A model generated the notes under the pieces. The model had not been told where the DNA came from and made no database searches. It worked only from the letters and a program-made list of their open reading frames with translations. A stretch of DNA of 64,000 nucleotides from Anthoceros angustus (Eukaryota; Plantae; Anthocerotophyta), in assembly GCA_010909165.1 (NCBI GenBank), contig MU008159.1, forward strand, positions 496,001 through 560,000, given 5' to 3'. The position numbers and the translations under genes are program-made. Positions within the stretch are counted from its first letter, which is position 1; each line of letters opens with the position of its first letter. This document shows positions 42,637-54,020 of this stretch, in pieces.

Positions 42637-43625
42637 CCACGATGTTCCATCTACAGTCATAAATCTTACTACTACCACTCTCAATCGGCTCTATTTTTGG
42701 CCTCACTCAATCAGACGTCCGAGATTATGTCCTCCTTTGCAACTTATGCCAATGCAACAAAGCTTGTCACCAACGCCTTGCCGGCTGCTCCAACCCTTGC
42801 CTTCGCTTCCTTGCCTCGCCGGAGCAAGTCACACTTGACTTCATAACCGGATTGCCTCGCAATGCTCGGCTTTGATGCGTTCTGGTCTTCACGAATAAGC
42901 TTACTCATCAAGTGCTCCTTGCCTCCACTCGAGACATGCTCTCGAACAAAGCGACTTATTGTGGAAAGTGGTTTATCGTGCCCATGGCCTCCCTCGCTCT
43001 CTTGTGAGCGATCATGATTCCAGTTTACGTCCGCTTCGGCAAGCGGTTCACGTGGTCTTGGCACCAAGCCCAATCGCCAATCATCGCCTTTTATCCTCGA
43101 CGGATGGTGCTACGGGCGAGCTAATCAAGTTTTAGAGGATATACTCCGTGCTTATGCAGGTGTGCACCAAACTCGGTGGCTGGACTTTCTCCACCTCGTT
43201 GAGTTTGCCTACAACAATGCCCCTAACGCCTCAACCCGAGTTACTCCATTCTTGTTCAACAAAGGTTTTCACCCCGCACGTTGCTTTCTGCTTCCTTGCC
43301 TTCTGCTGCTTGTGTCCCTGCTGCTTGTCGATTTTCTCACCCAACGTGTCCAAATTCTGCAGTAGGCTCGTCAGTTTGCCCATGGAACCCAAAACCGCCA
43401 AGCCCAATCTGCCAATCATCGTCGTCGTCCTCAAGAATTTGCAGTTGGTACCTATGTCTTGCTGTCTGCCCGGAATTTATCCCTTCATGGGATTCGTAAG
43501 ATTTCCCCTGGTTTTGTTGGTCCTTACCGTATCCTCCGTTGAATTGGCCCTGTGGCCTATGAGCTTGCCCTTCCTCCCGAATCTCGCATTCACCCTGCCT
43601 TCCGAACACGAACCATGTTTTGATC
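42637..43625 (+). mobile_element. Ty3/gypsy integrase fragment (array copy)
   Basis: Same motifs as the other copies. Confidence 0.7.
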
Positions 43626-44240
43626 CCGACCGGTCTTGCGCAAGGCTCGAGCTCGAGTATGCTCACATTGACCGATGCACTTCATCCTTCCACCGCTCGA
43701 CGACAATAGAATCTACCAGCCGGGCATATTTCAAAGCCCTTGCACTCACGATCGGAAAAAGTGGGCTCGAACTCATCTTGCGGTTGCTCGCTCGATCGCC
43801 ATATCGAAGATGATGATTTGCAAGTTGGTTTCAAAAGACATGGTAGCGACATGGTACCACGTGATTCCGCGGTCGGTGACGATCGATGTTTGGAATTTGA
43901 GGAGCATGGAGTGAATGCCTTTTATCATGTAAAAAATGTTCGTTCTCATTTCTCTCGCGATGATCGGCTCACCAACGTTAACGTTAACGTGAGCGTTCGT
44001 TGGTGTGATGTTGCCGCAAATGCGCGGAAGGAAAGAAATGATGTTCGACGGCTGCTCTTTAGTGAAAGCTTAATTTAATATTTAATTGTAGCTAGCCCAG
44101 CGCTACACAAGGGCAGATTGTTGCAGATAGTTTGAAGCATAGACCAATGTTGCAGCAGACGGAAGGATGCAAACAGTCTGAGAGGAGTCTCTCAAACTGA
44201 AAGCAAGTTGACAGCTAGGCATGTTCGTTGTTCTAATTAT

Positions 44241-45936
44241 TTATCCTTGTTGTTGCTTCCAGCTGGCGAAATCCAGCCAAGGATCCACGCAGGAAACACT
44301 GGTGCTCACAAACTGCTTGTACGGGTAGGAGGGAAGCCACCTCCAAACCGCAGGCGTTTGTCGCATATCGACACCCACCACCTTGCCCTCGTTATCGTGC
44401 ATGAGATATACTTCCGGCCCGACTCTCATATGAAAAGACATATGGTCGTCCGAGCGGCTGGCGGGCGTCGGTGAAGATGGAAGCGGGCATGGTGGCCATC
44501 ACCGTCGTGACATGCTCGCAAAATCTAGCTCCCACACCGCACTTCAAACATGGGCGGGCGATCACGGAATCGCCACCCTATGGCCACGCACAGCGGTCTC
44601 GCATGTTGAAGTGTCCCTTGCATTTAAGAACTTGGAATCACGCACTAGGCTTGCGCAGAATCATATAGCTCCAAGCCCGCTTGAGACGATGCGAGATTGC
44701 GACTGCGACATCCTCATGAGGCACGTGAGCACGCTGCCCACAAACACTCCGTACCCCATATCGAAGCAGGCGTCGCGAACAAGCACGCCCATGGCCGGTT
44801 GTCTCACTCCACCTCCAAAGCGCGGAGTCGAAGGCGAAGGTCGACACAGTTTGTCCATGTTCTCCACGCTACCCCACCGACTCCTGGATTCACCGCCACC
44901 AGCTTGAGGGAGCGCGCTTTGGCGTCCACCCACACGCCCGCACATGATGGAGCCGCAAGTCACCCGGGAGAGCCGGCGGGTCGAGCGCTGCCGGGTTGCC
45001 CAAGTGCGGGATGGCCATCCGCCCGCCGCTGCGTGGCGGACATGAGCAAGCCGCCGCATGCCGCTACTTGGGAGCTCCAAAACCCACGTCCGTGGCCGCT
45101 GTTCGGTGGCGGCGTCGGCGGACTGGTCCGACCGCGGCTTGGTGGCATCCACGACGAGTCGGAGCTTGTACCGGTTGGAGGCGGTCGTGACGCACGAGGC
45201 TTTGCCGGCGTAGGTTGTAAAGCACGCCCATGGCCTGGTTGTCTCACTCCACCTCCAAAGCGGAGTCGAAGGCGAAGGTCGACACAGTTTGTCCATGTTC
45301 TCCACACCGCTACCCCACCGACTCCTGGATTCACCGCCACCAGCTTGAGGGAGCGCTTTGGCGTCCACCCACACGCCCGCACATGATGGAGCCGCAAGTC
45401 ACCCGGGAGAGCCGGCGGTCGAGCGCACCACCGGGTTGCCCAAGTGCGGGATGGCCATCCGCCCGCTTGAGGGAGCGCGCTTTGGCGTCCACCCACACGC
45501 CCGCACATGATGGAGCCGCAAGTCACACTTGACTTCATAACCGGATTGCCTCGCAATCGCAGCAGCTCGGCACCGCACCTTTGCCGGTGGCGGCGTCGGC
45601 GGACTGGTCCGACCGCGGCTTGGGTGGCATCCACGAGTCGGAGCTTGTACCAACGGTTGGAGGCGGTCGTGACGCACGAGGCTTTGCGGCGTAGGTTGTA
45701 AAGCCCGCCACGAAAAGCATCCAATCCGTTCTCCCGCCGCAATTCCACCCGCTCCTTCAACAACAAGGCGACAACACGGCCTTGTTCAACTCTCTGCACA
45801 CCGTGCGCAATCGCAGCAGCTCGGCACCGCACCTTTGCCGGGATCGTCATCACAATGTCGTGAGGCGGTCACTCCATTCATCTCCACCCTCCTCGGCATC
45901 CATCCTTGTCTCACACCCTTCCACCTCCGCATCCAT
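44241..45936 (-). pseudogene. F-box protein copy 8 (internally duplicated, frameshifted)
   Basis: Near-identical; the middle segment is repeated around 45225-45580. Confidence 0.6.
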
Positions 45937-47159
45937 CCCACACCGCAATTGCTACAACCTACAACGGAATACGGATGATGTCGAACCTCCGATAGCTACC
46001 ACTCCGACCACGGGATATAGAGCTCTAGGCCTTGAAAAGCTAGCTCGAGGAGAAGCTTAAGGGAAGAAGCAAGTGAGTCCGATAATAATTTTGGTGTGTG
46101 GGATCGCATATATAGCCTTTACAAATTTGGGCTTGGCGATTCTCGGTGTTCTTCAACTCACCTCCAAACTACGTCACGGGATATAGAGCTCTAGGCCTTG
46201 CAAAGCTAGCTCAAGGGACGAAGCAAGTGAGTCGATAATAATTTTGGTGTGTGGGATCGCACATATATAGCCTTTAAAATTTGGTCTTGGTAGATTCTCG
46301 GTGTTCTTCAACTCACCTCCAAACTACGTCACGGGATATAGAGCTCTAGGCCTTGCAAAGCTAGCTCAAGGGAAGAAGCAAGTGAGTCGATAATAATTTT
46401 GGTGTGTGGGATCGCACATATATAGCCTTTAAAATTTGGTCTTGGTAGATTCTCGGTGTTCTTCAACTCACCTCCAAACTACGTCACATGATATAGAGCT
46501 AAGACATGCAAAGCTAGTTCGAGGAGAAGCTTAAGGGAAGAAGAAGCAAGTGAGTCTAGATTCTCGTAAGATTCTAGTGGACACCAGACTTTCCAATAGC
46601 ATGTTGCGGAACCTACATACATATGTATATATGCGATTTTGGCATCTTCTCTCGTTGGATATGAGTGCAAAGTGCACATGGGAAAGCAGGCATTGTATAT
46701 ATATGTGGAGGAGATGGACAAGCCTCGAGGCGTACCATAGCATACGATATCCTTCATTGGATGTGAATGCAAAGCGCACATGGGAGAAAAATAATTGGTT
46801 TTATTAAAGAAAGAGAATAGATTGGGGTCAGCCATCTATGAAAGGACATCAAAGGAAGATCGCAAGGATTGCTATAGATAGGAGCAATCCACAAGCTCAA
46901 GTGGGATGAAGAGGTGGCTTGCATGCATTGCCCTATGCTTAGTGACCTTGAAAAGCCATCCGTTAGCTATTGCTAACCATGTTTCATTAACACTAATCAA
47001 TACTTAATTAATGTAGCGCTTTAGATTAATTAATACTAATTACTTAAAGACAAGTCATTAGATTAATTAATGCTAATCAAACACTAAACCCAAGTGCAGA
47101 GTAGTGTCACGGTATGACATCCCTTAAGTTCCCCATATTTGCGGGCTTTGATTTGAAGC

Positions 47160-47830
47160 CCACGATGTTCCATCTACAGTCATAAATCTTACTACTACCA
47201 CTCTCAATCGGCTCTATTTTTGGCCTCACTCAATCAGACGTCCGAGATTATGTCCTCCTTTGCAACTTATGCCAATGCAACAAAGCTTGTCACCAACGCC
47301 TTGCCGGCTGCTCCAACCCTTGCTGTCCCTTTCGCCACAGGAGCAAGTCACACTTGACTTCATAACCGGATTGCCTCGCAATGCTCACGGCTTTGATGCG
47401 TTCTGGTCTTCACGAATAAGCTTACTCATCAAGTGCTCCTTGCCTCCACTACTGAGACATGCTCTACTGAACAAAGTTGACTTATTGTGGAAAGTGGTTT
47501 ATCGTGCCCATGGCCTCCCTCGCTCTCTTGTGAGCGATCATGATTCCAGGTTTACGTCCCGCTTCTGGCAAGCGGTTCACTGTGGTCTTGGCACCAAGCT
47601 CTGTATGTCTACTGCCTTTTATCCTCAGACGGATGGTGCTACGGAGCGAGCTAATCAAGTTTTAGAGGATATACTCCGTGCTTATGCAGGTGTGCACCAA
47701 ACTCGGTGGCTGGACTTTCTCCACCTCGTTGAGTTTGCCTACAACAACGCCCCTAACGCCTCAACCCGAGTTACTCCATTCTTGTTCAACAAAGGTTTTC
47801 ACCCCTTGCGTTGCTACGCTTCCTTGCCTC
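47160..47830 (+). mobile_element. Ty3/gypsy integrase core fragment, best-preserved copy
   Basis: VTLDFITGLP...HGLPRSLVSDHDSRFTSRFWQ...LGTKLCMSTAFYPQTDGATERANQVLEDILRAY...WLDFLHLVEFAYNN..NASTRVTPF (DDE triad present). Confidence 0.85.
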
Positions 47831-47885
47831 CACTCGAGACATGCAAAGCTAGTTCGAGGAGAAGCTTAAGGAAGAAGCAAGTGAG

Positions 47886-48020
47886 CCTCCCAGGTAGCTC
47901 GATCAAAATCCAGGTGGACAGGACCAATGTGGCTCATGACTCCTTGAGGTTTGAATAATTTCCCGCACACGGGACAAAGATTGTCCTTCACAGGTGTGGA
48001 AGAAGGAGGCCTTATAGCAA
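47886..48020 (-). mobile_element. C2H2 zinc-finger fragment, probable N-terminus of the CRE element ORF
   Basis: CPVCGKLFKPQGVMSHIGPVH lies on the same strand as the CRE RT, directly at the array edge. Confidence 0.5.
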
Positions 48021-49299
48021 AAAAGAGAAAAACCTGAAAAATGGCCAAAAAAGAACCGCACCGTGTCGCCGAGAACCATAAACCATAACGCCTCGAACCA
48101 AAAAAAATAGCACTGAAACAATCGCAACCCGGCAACCACGCCTCGTTGGCCCATAGCATCGTACTCCGGAAAAGCACCTGCCCGACCCCCTCACAATTCC
48201 GCGCCCCCCTACCATATTGAAAAATGCACCGGCCTTACTACAACGAAGAAAAAGAACTGCCCTGAAACGCCGCCAAATCTGCGGAGCTGGAGCCGGCGGC
48301 AGACACAAGCCCGAGACCGTGCGGACCCGCGCGCGGGCCTTCCCCGATCCTTGTGCCCCGACAGACCTGCGTGCAACCAAAAGCAAGGGCCCACAAGGAC
48401 AGGGCCAGGTGGCCCGCAGAGCTGCGACGACACCCGAGCGGCCTAGCCAACGCCGGTCGAGCCCCACCTCGCACCCCGCACCCTACACCTATCCTCTCCC
48501 GCCCCTGCACTTGAACCTGCCTTGACCACGAAATTCTTCAGGCTGTAGGTAGTTTCGAGATGAGCAATCACGGGGGCTAGTGCCCCTTGGCATGGTGCCC
48601 TTCGTTGGGTTGTTCCCCTTGTTTCTGGGTGGATGACATTTTCCATCTCTTTTTTTATAATAAAGTCCCCACGTCCCCTTTTTCATAACTTGCGCAGCCT
48701 AGCGTAGGAGCACTTGACCACTTACCCGTGGAGAAAGTGTGTCATAGTGTGATGTTACAACTTAACCAAAGGCCTAGGTAGGGGTCGCGCATTTCGTCCT
48801 CTCTCCGGGACCAGCACGCTTGTCCTAAGGCAAAACTTTGCATGTATGGTATTCATATTTAACTCTTCTTTTGTCTAGCTATTGGCAGCTTTTGATTAAG
48901 ACCTCCTAACACTCTAAGGAAATGGCTCGTCAGCCATGGAAGAGCTGTAGTCCGTAGACCCGCGACCTTTGACCATCTGGTTTCTAGGTTCCAAGATGGA
49001 TAGAGAATTAGGCCACAACCTTCCAATCCCAACTAGAATGAAGAGCCTATCATAGTGGAAGAGGAACTGCTGGAAGGCCATCAGGAATGCACAGAACCAT
49101 TACATAATGGAGAGAAGTCAGGCTTGCCCCTAGGTAAAAATTCTGACTGGTTCGCCACATATGCAAGAAATATCTAGTCGACATCTAGTTCGTAGCAGAT
49201 TTCCATTTTATGTGTAAACTGCATGTCACGCAGGGTGTTGGGAAGTATCAACATATACATCCTCTTTCCTGCTTCTCAGAAACTAGTAAATGTCTCAGT

Positions 49300-52200
49300 T
49301 CAGCCTGGCTTGATCTTGGGATGTTTCGTATCTCTAACCAAAAAGCTATGCACCTGTCCGTCCATGTCAGTCCACCAGCTCTGACCTGGCTTCTTCCACG
49401 CCCTGATACTTACCCTCCTTGCTTGCATCTCACCTGCCTCCTCCCACATCTGGGCACCGGTGTATATGTTTGACATCAACACGTATGCTGCAGCATCGTT
49501 TTTGTCTAGCTTCAATGCTTGATGGAAAGCATGGCGTCCGACCTCCACGCTGCTCCACTTTTCACAAGCACTCAAAAGAGTGTGCCAAATCGAAACGGTA
49601 GGCAGCACGGACATTGTCTTCACCAAAGCTAATGCCTCATCCAGCTGGCCCGCGCGGCCCAAGAGATCCACCATGCATGTGTAATGCTCCACCAGGGGAG
49701 GGATGCCATACTGTTTCCTCATAGCCTCGAAGTACTCTCTCCCCTCGTCCACAAGGCCCGCATGACTGCATACTCTCAGAACACTCAGGAAGGTGATGCC
49801 ATCTGGTTGTATGCCGTCCTCTCTCATTCTCTGGATCAAGTCAAAGACCACTTCAGCATCTCCTTGACAGGCATAGCCTGATATTAGGGCACTCCAGGCA
49901 ATGACGTCTCTTTTAGGCAAGGCATCAAACACCTGCTGTGCATCCGCCATGCTCCCAGACTTTCCATACATGTTAATCAAACTGCCCGCTACACACAGGT
50001 CAGTCTCAAGCCCTTGTTCTTCGATCTGTAAATGTAGCAGCCTTCCCAGATGCAAAGCTGCCACATTTGCACATGCCAGCAGGAGAGATACGAAAGTCGC
50101 AGAATCAGGGACAGAAATGCCTTCTTCCTGCATGGCACTGTAAAGTCGAAGGGCTTCCTCACCCATGCCTTGCTGGAAATACCCTGCTATCATGGCATTC
50201 CATGTCACCGCATTCTTTTGATCAAGTCCGTCAAACACTCGGCGAGCTTCATCTAGGGTGCCACACTTTGCATACATGTTCACCAAACTGTTGGCGACAC
50301 GTATATCATCTGGTGCTTGTTTTCGAAGTTGAGCGTGAATCTGTTTCCCCTTCTCCAAAGCCAGGGTCCCCATGCTTGCACATGCCTGCAGGAGGCACGC
50401 AAATGTAACAGCATCAGCCACAGCAATTCCTTCTTCTTGCATAGCAGTGTAGAGATGAAGGGCTTCCTGGCCCATACCCTGCTGGGAATATCCTGCTAGC
50501 ATGGCATTCCATGTCACCACATCTTTCTGAACAAGTGCATCAAACACACAGCGAGCGTCTTCTATGCTGCCACACTTTGCATACATGTCTACCAAGCTGT
50601 TGGCTACAAAGACATCAGCCTGATGTCCTCGTTCTCGTATCTTTGCATGAAGCTGCTTCCCCATCTCCAAAGCTCGTGTGCCGACACTTGCACATGCCTG
50701 CAGGATGCACAGAAATGTGACAGAATCAGGTACAGCGACACCTTCTTCTTGCATATCACTGTAGACACGAAGTGCTTCCTGTCCCATGCCCTGCTGGGAA
50801 TACCCTGCTATCATGGAGTTCCACGTCACCACATCTTTTCGACCAAGTCCATCAAACATTCTCTGAGCATCTTCAAGACTACCACACTTTGCATACATGG
50901 TTACCAAACTGTTGGCTACAAACACATCCACCTGATGACCTCGTTCCCGGATTTGCACATGAAGCAGCTTTCCCATCTCCAAAGCTGAAGTGCCGACACT
51001 TGCACATGCCTGCAGGAGGCACACAAATGTCACAGAATTAGGTACAGCAATGCCTTCATCCTGCATAGCAGTGTAGAGATGAAGGGCTTCCTGGCCCATA
51101 CCCTGCTGGGAATATCCTGCTAGCATGGCATTCCATGTCACCACATCTTTCTGAACAAGTGCATCAAACACACAGCGAGCGTCTTCTATGCTGCCACACT
51201 TTGCATACATGTCTACCAAGCTGTTGGCTACAAAGACATCAGCCTGATGTCCTCGTTCTCGTATCTTTGCATGAAGCTGCTTCCCCATCTCCAAAGCTGA
51301 AGTGCCGACACTTGCACATGCCTGCAGGATGCACAGAAATGTGACAGAATCAGGTACAGCGACACCTTCTTCTTGCATATCACTGTAGACACGAAGTGCT
51401 TCCTGTCCCATGCCCTGCTGGGAATACCCTGCTATCATGGAGTTCCACGTCACCACATCTTTTCGACCAAGTCCATCAAACATTCTCTGAGCATCTTCAA
51501 GACTACCACACTTTGCATACATGGTTACCAAACTGTTGGCTACAAACACATCCACCTGATGACCTCGTTCCCGGATTTGCACATGAAGCAGCTTTCCCAT
51601 CTCCAAAGCTGAAGTGCCGACACTTGCACATGCCTGCAGGAGGCACACAAATGTCACAGAATTAGGTACAGCAATGCCTTCATCCTGCATAGCAGTGTAA
51701 ATAGAAAGGGCTTCCTGGCCCATGCCCTGCTGAGCATACCCTGCTATTAGAGCAGTCCACGTAACCACGTCCTTTTGACGAAGTCCATCAAACACTGTCT
51801 GTGCATTTTTCAAGCTGCCACACTTTGAATACATGTTCACTAAACTGTTGGTTACAAACACATCAGCTTGGTGCCCTCGTTCATTAATCAGTGTATGTAG
51901 CTGCTTCCCTATCTCCAAAGCGGAGGTCCCGACACTTGCACATGCCTGCAAGAGGCACACAAATGTCATAGAATCAGGTACGGTAATGCTCTCTTCTTGC
52001 ATACAACTGTACAGATGGAGGGCTTCCTGGCCCATGCCCTGCTGGGAATACCCTGCTATTAGAGCAGTCCACGTTACCACACATTTTTTATCCAGTCCAT
52101 CAAACACTCTCTGAGCCTCTTCCAAGCTGCCACATTTTGCATACATGTTCACCAGACTGCTGGCTAACACATCAGCTTGCAGACCTCGTTGTCTGATTTG

Positions 52201-53544
52201 AGCATGAAGCTGCTTCCCCTTCTCCAACGCTGGGGCACCCACACTTGCACATGCTTGCAGGAGGCACACAAATGTCACGGAATCAGGTACAGCAATGCCT
52301 TCTTCTTGCATAGCGCTGTGGAGATTAAGAGCTTCCTGGCCCATGCCCTGCTGGGAGTACCCTGAAATCATGGCAGTCCATGTAACCACCCCTTTCTGAC
52401 TAAGTCCATCAAAAACATCCTGAGCATCCTCTATGCTGCCACACTTTGCGTACATGTTCACCAAACTGCTGGCTACAAACATGTCAGCTTCATGTCCCCG
52501 TTCTCTAATATCTGCATGAAACTCCTTCCCCTTCTCCAAGGCTGAAGTGCCCAAACTTGCACACGCCTGCAGGAGCGACACAAATGTCATGGAATCAGGT
52601 ACAGCCACGCCTTCTCCTCCCATGGCACTGTAAAGATGGAGGGCTTCCCGGCCTCTGCCCTGCTGAGAATACGCTGCTATCATGGCATTCCATGTCACCA
52701 CATCCTTTTGACCGAGCCCGTCAAAGACTCGTTGAGCCTCTTCCAAGCTGCCACACTTTGCATACATGTCCACCAAGCTATTATAAACAAACAGATCAGG
52801 CTCAACCCCACTGGCTAACACATCAGCATGCACCTGCTGCCCTGTTGTCAAGTTTGCTCCTTTTGCACAAGCCTGAAGAGCTGCCACAAGCACATGCCCA
52901 TCTGGCTTCACACCAGACCTGCGCATCCGATGATACAATTCTATCGCCTGCTTGTCCCGTCCGTGCTTGACATGCGCAGAGATCACAGCAGACCACGTGA
53001 AGGCATCTGGGTTGGCAACCATGGTGAACACATCCATCGCAGCTTCCAACCTGCCATGAGAAGCATACATTCGCAGAATATGGTTGCCCAGGAACGTATC
53101 CGACTGGTACCCCTCGCTCACCGCTAAGGCATGTACACGGCGACCCAAAACAAGATCCTTCTTGACCATACATTTCTTCAAAACAGCATAAAACAAAGCC
53201 TTGGAAACACAACAGTCCGTTTGCACCAGAACTCCCAAAGCCTCGACAGCCTCAGAGAGATAGCCCTCCTGACACAGCTTGCTCACAGTGTCCGCCGTTA
53301 CCCCACTTCCGCACCCTGCAGGCCTGTGAGAGGCAGGATCGTCGGGCAAGATCCGATTCTCCATTTGCCTCAGTGAGATGGCCCTCCTGACACTACCTTC
53401 TGCTGATTCAAAGCTCAAGTTTGATGACAACGCAAGCTCCCGGCATAAGGATATCTCTCCAATGCGGGAGAAATCCAGCAAGATGCATTTCCAGAATCTA
53501 TGTCTTTGCGTTTTGTGCCCAATCAGTGGTGAGGAGGCGATCAT
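49300..53544 (-). CDS. PLS-class PPR protein, E/E+ subclass (organellar RNA-editing factor type), 1414 aa, intronless
   Basis: ~11 P-L-S triplets (DVVTWNAMIAGY / PDSVTFVCLLQACA / NSLVDMYAKCG), then HYTCMVDLLGRAG, E motifs and PG box KKPGQSWW. It ends before the DYW HxE motif. The start could instead be MENRIL (~53363). Confidence 0.93.
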   Translation of the reverse strand: MIASSPLIGHKTQRHRFWKCILLDFSRIGEISLCRELALSSNLSFESAEGSVRRAISLRQMENRILPDDPASHRPAGCGSGVTADTVSKLCQEGYLSEAVEALGVLVQTDCCVSKALFYAVLKKCMVKKDLVLGRRVHALAVSEGYQSDTFLGNHILRMYASHGRLEAAMDVFTMVANPDAFTWSAVISAHVKHGRDKQAIELYHRMRRSGVKPDGHVLVAALQACAKGANLTTGQQVHADVLASGVEPDLFVYNSLVDMYAKCGSLEEAQRVFDGLGQKDVVTWNAMIAAYSQQGRGREALHLYSAMGGEGVAVPDSMTFVSLLQACASLGTSALEKGKEFHADIRERGHEADMFVASSLVNMYAKCGSIEDAQDVFDGLSQKGVVTWTAMISGYSQQGMGQEALNLHSAMQEEGIAVPDSVTFVCLLQACASVGAPALEKGKQLHAQIRQRGLQADVLASSLVNMYAKCGSLEEAQRVFDGLDKKCVVTWTALIAGYSQQGMGQEALHLYSCMQEESITVPDSMTFVCLLQACASVGTSALEIGKQLHTLINERGHQADVFVTNSLVNMYSKCGSLKNAQTVFDGLRQKDVVTWTALIAGYAQQGMGQEALSIYTAMQDEGIAVPNSVTFVCLLQACASVGTSALEMGKLLHVQIRERGHQVDVFVANSLVTMYAKCGSLEDAQRMFDGLGRKDVVTWNSMIAGYSQQGMGQEALRVYSDMQEEGVAVPDSVTFLCILQACASVGTSALEMGKQLHAKIRERGHQADVFVANSLVDMYAKCGSIEDARCVFDALVQKDVVTWNAMLAGYSQQGMGQEALHLYTAMQDEGIAVPNSVTFVCLLQACASVGTSALEMGKLLHVQIRERGHQVDVFVANSLVTMYAKCGSLEDAQRMFDGLGRKDVVTWNSMIAGYSQQGMGQEALRVYSDMQEEGVAVPDSVTFLCILQACASVGTRALEMGKQLHAKIRERGHQADVFVANSLVDMYAKCGSIEDARCVFDALVQKDVVTWNAMLAGYSQQGMGQEALHLYTAMQEEGIAVADAVTFACLLQACASMGTLALEKGKQIHAQLRKQAPDDIRVANSLVNMYAKCGTLDEARRVFDGLDQKNAVTWNAMIAGYFQQGMGEEALRLYSAMQEEGISVPDSATFVSLLLACANVAALHLGRLLHLQIEEQGLETDLCVAGSLINMYGKSGSMADAQQVFDALPKRDVIAWSALISGYACQGDAEVVFDLIQRMREDGIQPDGITFLSVLRVCSHAGLVDEGREYFEAMRKQYGIPPLVEHYTCMVDLLGRAGQLDEALALVKTMSVLPTVSIWHTLLSACEKWSSVEVGRHAFHQALKLDKNDAAAYVLMSNIYTGAQMWEEAGEMQARRVSIRAWKKPGQSWWTDMDGQVHSFLVRDTKHPKIKPG
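50438..51699. repeat. Near-perfect 624-bp tandem duplication inside the PPR gene
   Basis: 50438.. matches 51062..; ORF-track entries repeat at an offset of exactly 624. One visible difference: GTRAL vs GTSAL. Confidence 0.9.
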
Positions 53545-54020
53545 GTTCTAAGCAGCAGAGACTCTTGCAAGCAGCTTGTGGGACGTTGGGGCCTACTGGT
53601 CTGTGACTGTGCGGGTCCGCTACTGGCCTGTTCGCTGCTTAAGGATCCGATTGGGAACCTTGGGCTATGCTGGTGCTGAGGGTACCTGCATCACGGGCTG
53701 TGTGAGCAAAGGTACCTGCTGTGCTGGGGTCCGCCGAGCTGCAGAGGCAGATTTGAACTAAAGAAGTGCTGGGCATTCCCCAGAGTCCCAACCTGCAGAG
53801 CTGAGAGCACCGTGTCTGTAGCCAAGAAGATGGACTGTGGCTGATCCAGTGGGACAGTTTGCAGGAGAGGCATTCTCTCCCGGACTTGAACTACTCAGGC
53901 ATCCGATATCAGATGGCTTGCTTCTTCCTCATTTAACTCTGAACAGCAAAGCCTTCTTCTAGCCTTGGAATTGGGGTCTGTGATATATTCTCGGATGCCT
54001 GGTGACGGAAATTCTTGGTG

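Larger units (their letters stand above)
8446..47885. repeat. ~39-kb tandem array of a ~3.9-4.0-kb unit (F-box gene, 160-bp repeats, AT-rich block, gypsy integrase fragment, unassigned segment)
   Basis: The anchor TCGATGTTTGGAATTTGAGG recurs at ~8461, 9959, 13998, 17957, 24082, 27953, 28999, 32874, 36859, 37879, 39980 and 43883. Full spacings are ~3.9-4.0 kb, with shorter rearranged units between. Confidence 0.92.

Noticed and set aside
8446-47885. Array as an intact LTR retrotransposon or Helitron
   Set aside because: No gag, protease or RT, no Rep/helicase, and no convincing hairpin-CTRR terminus found.
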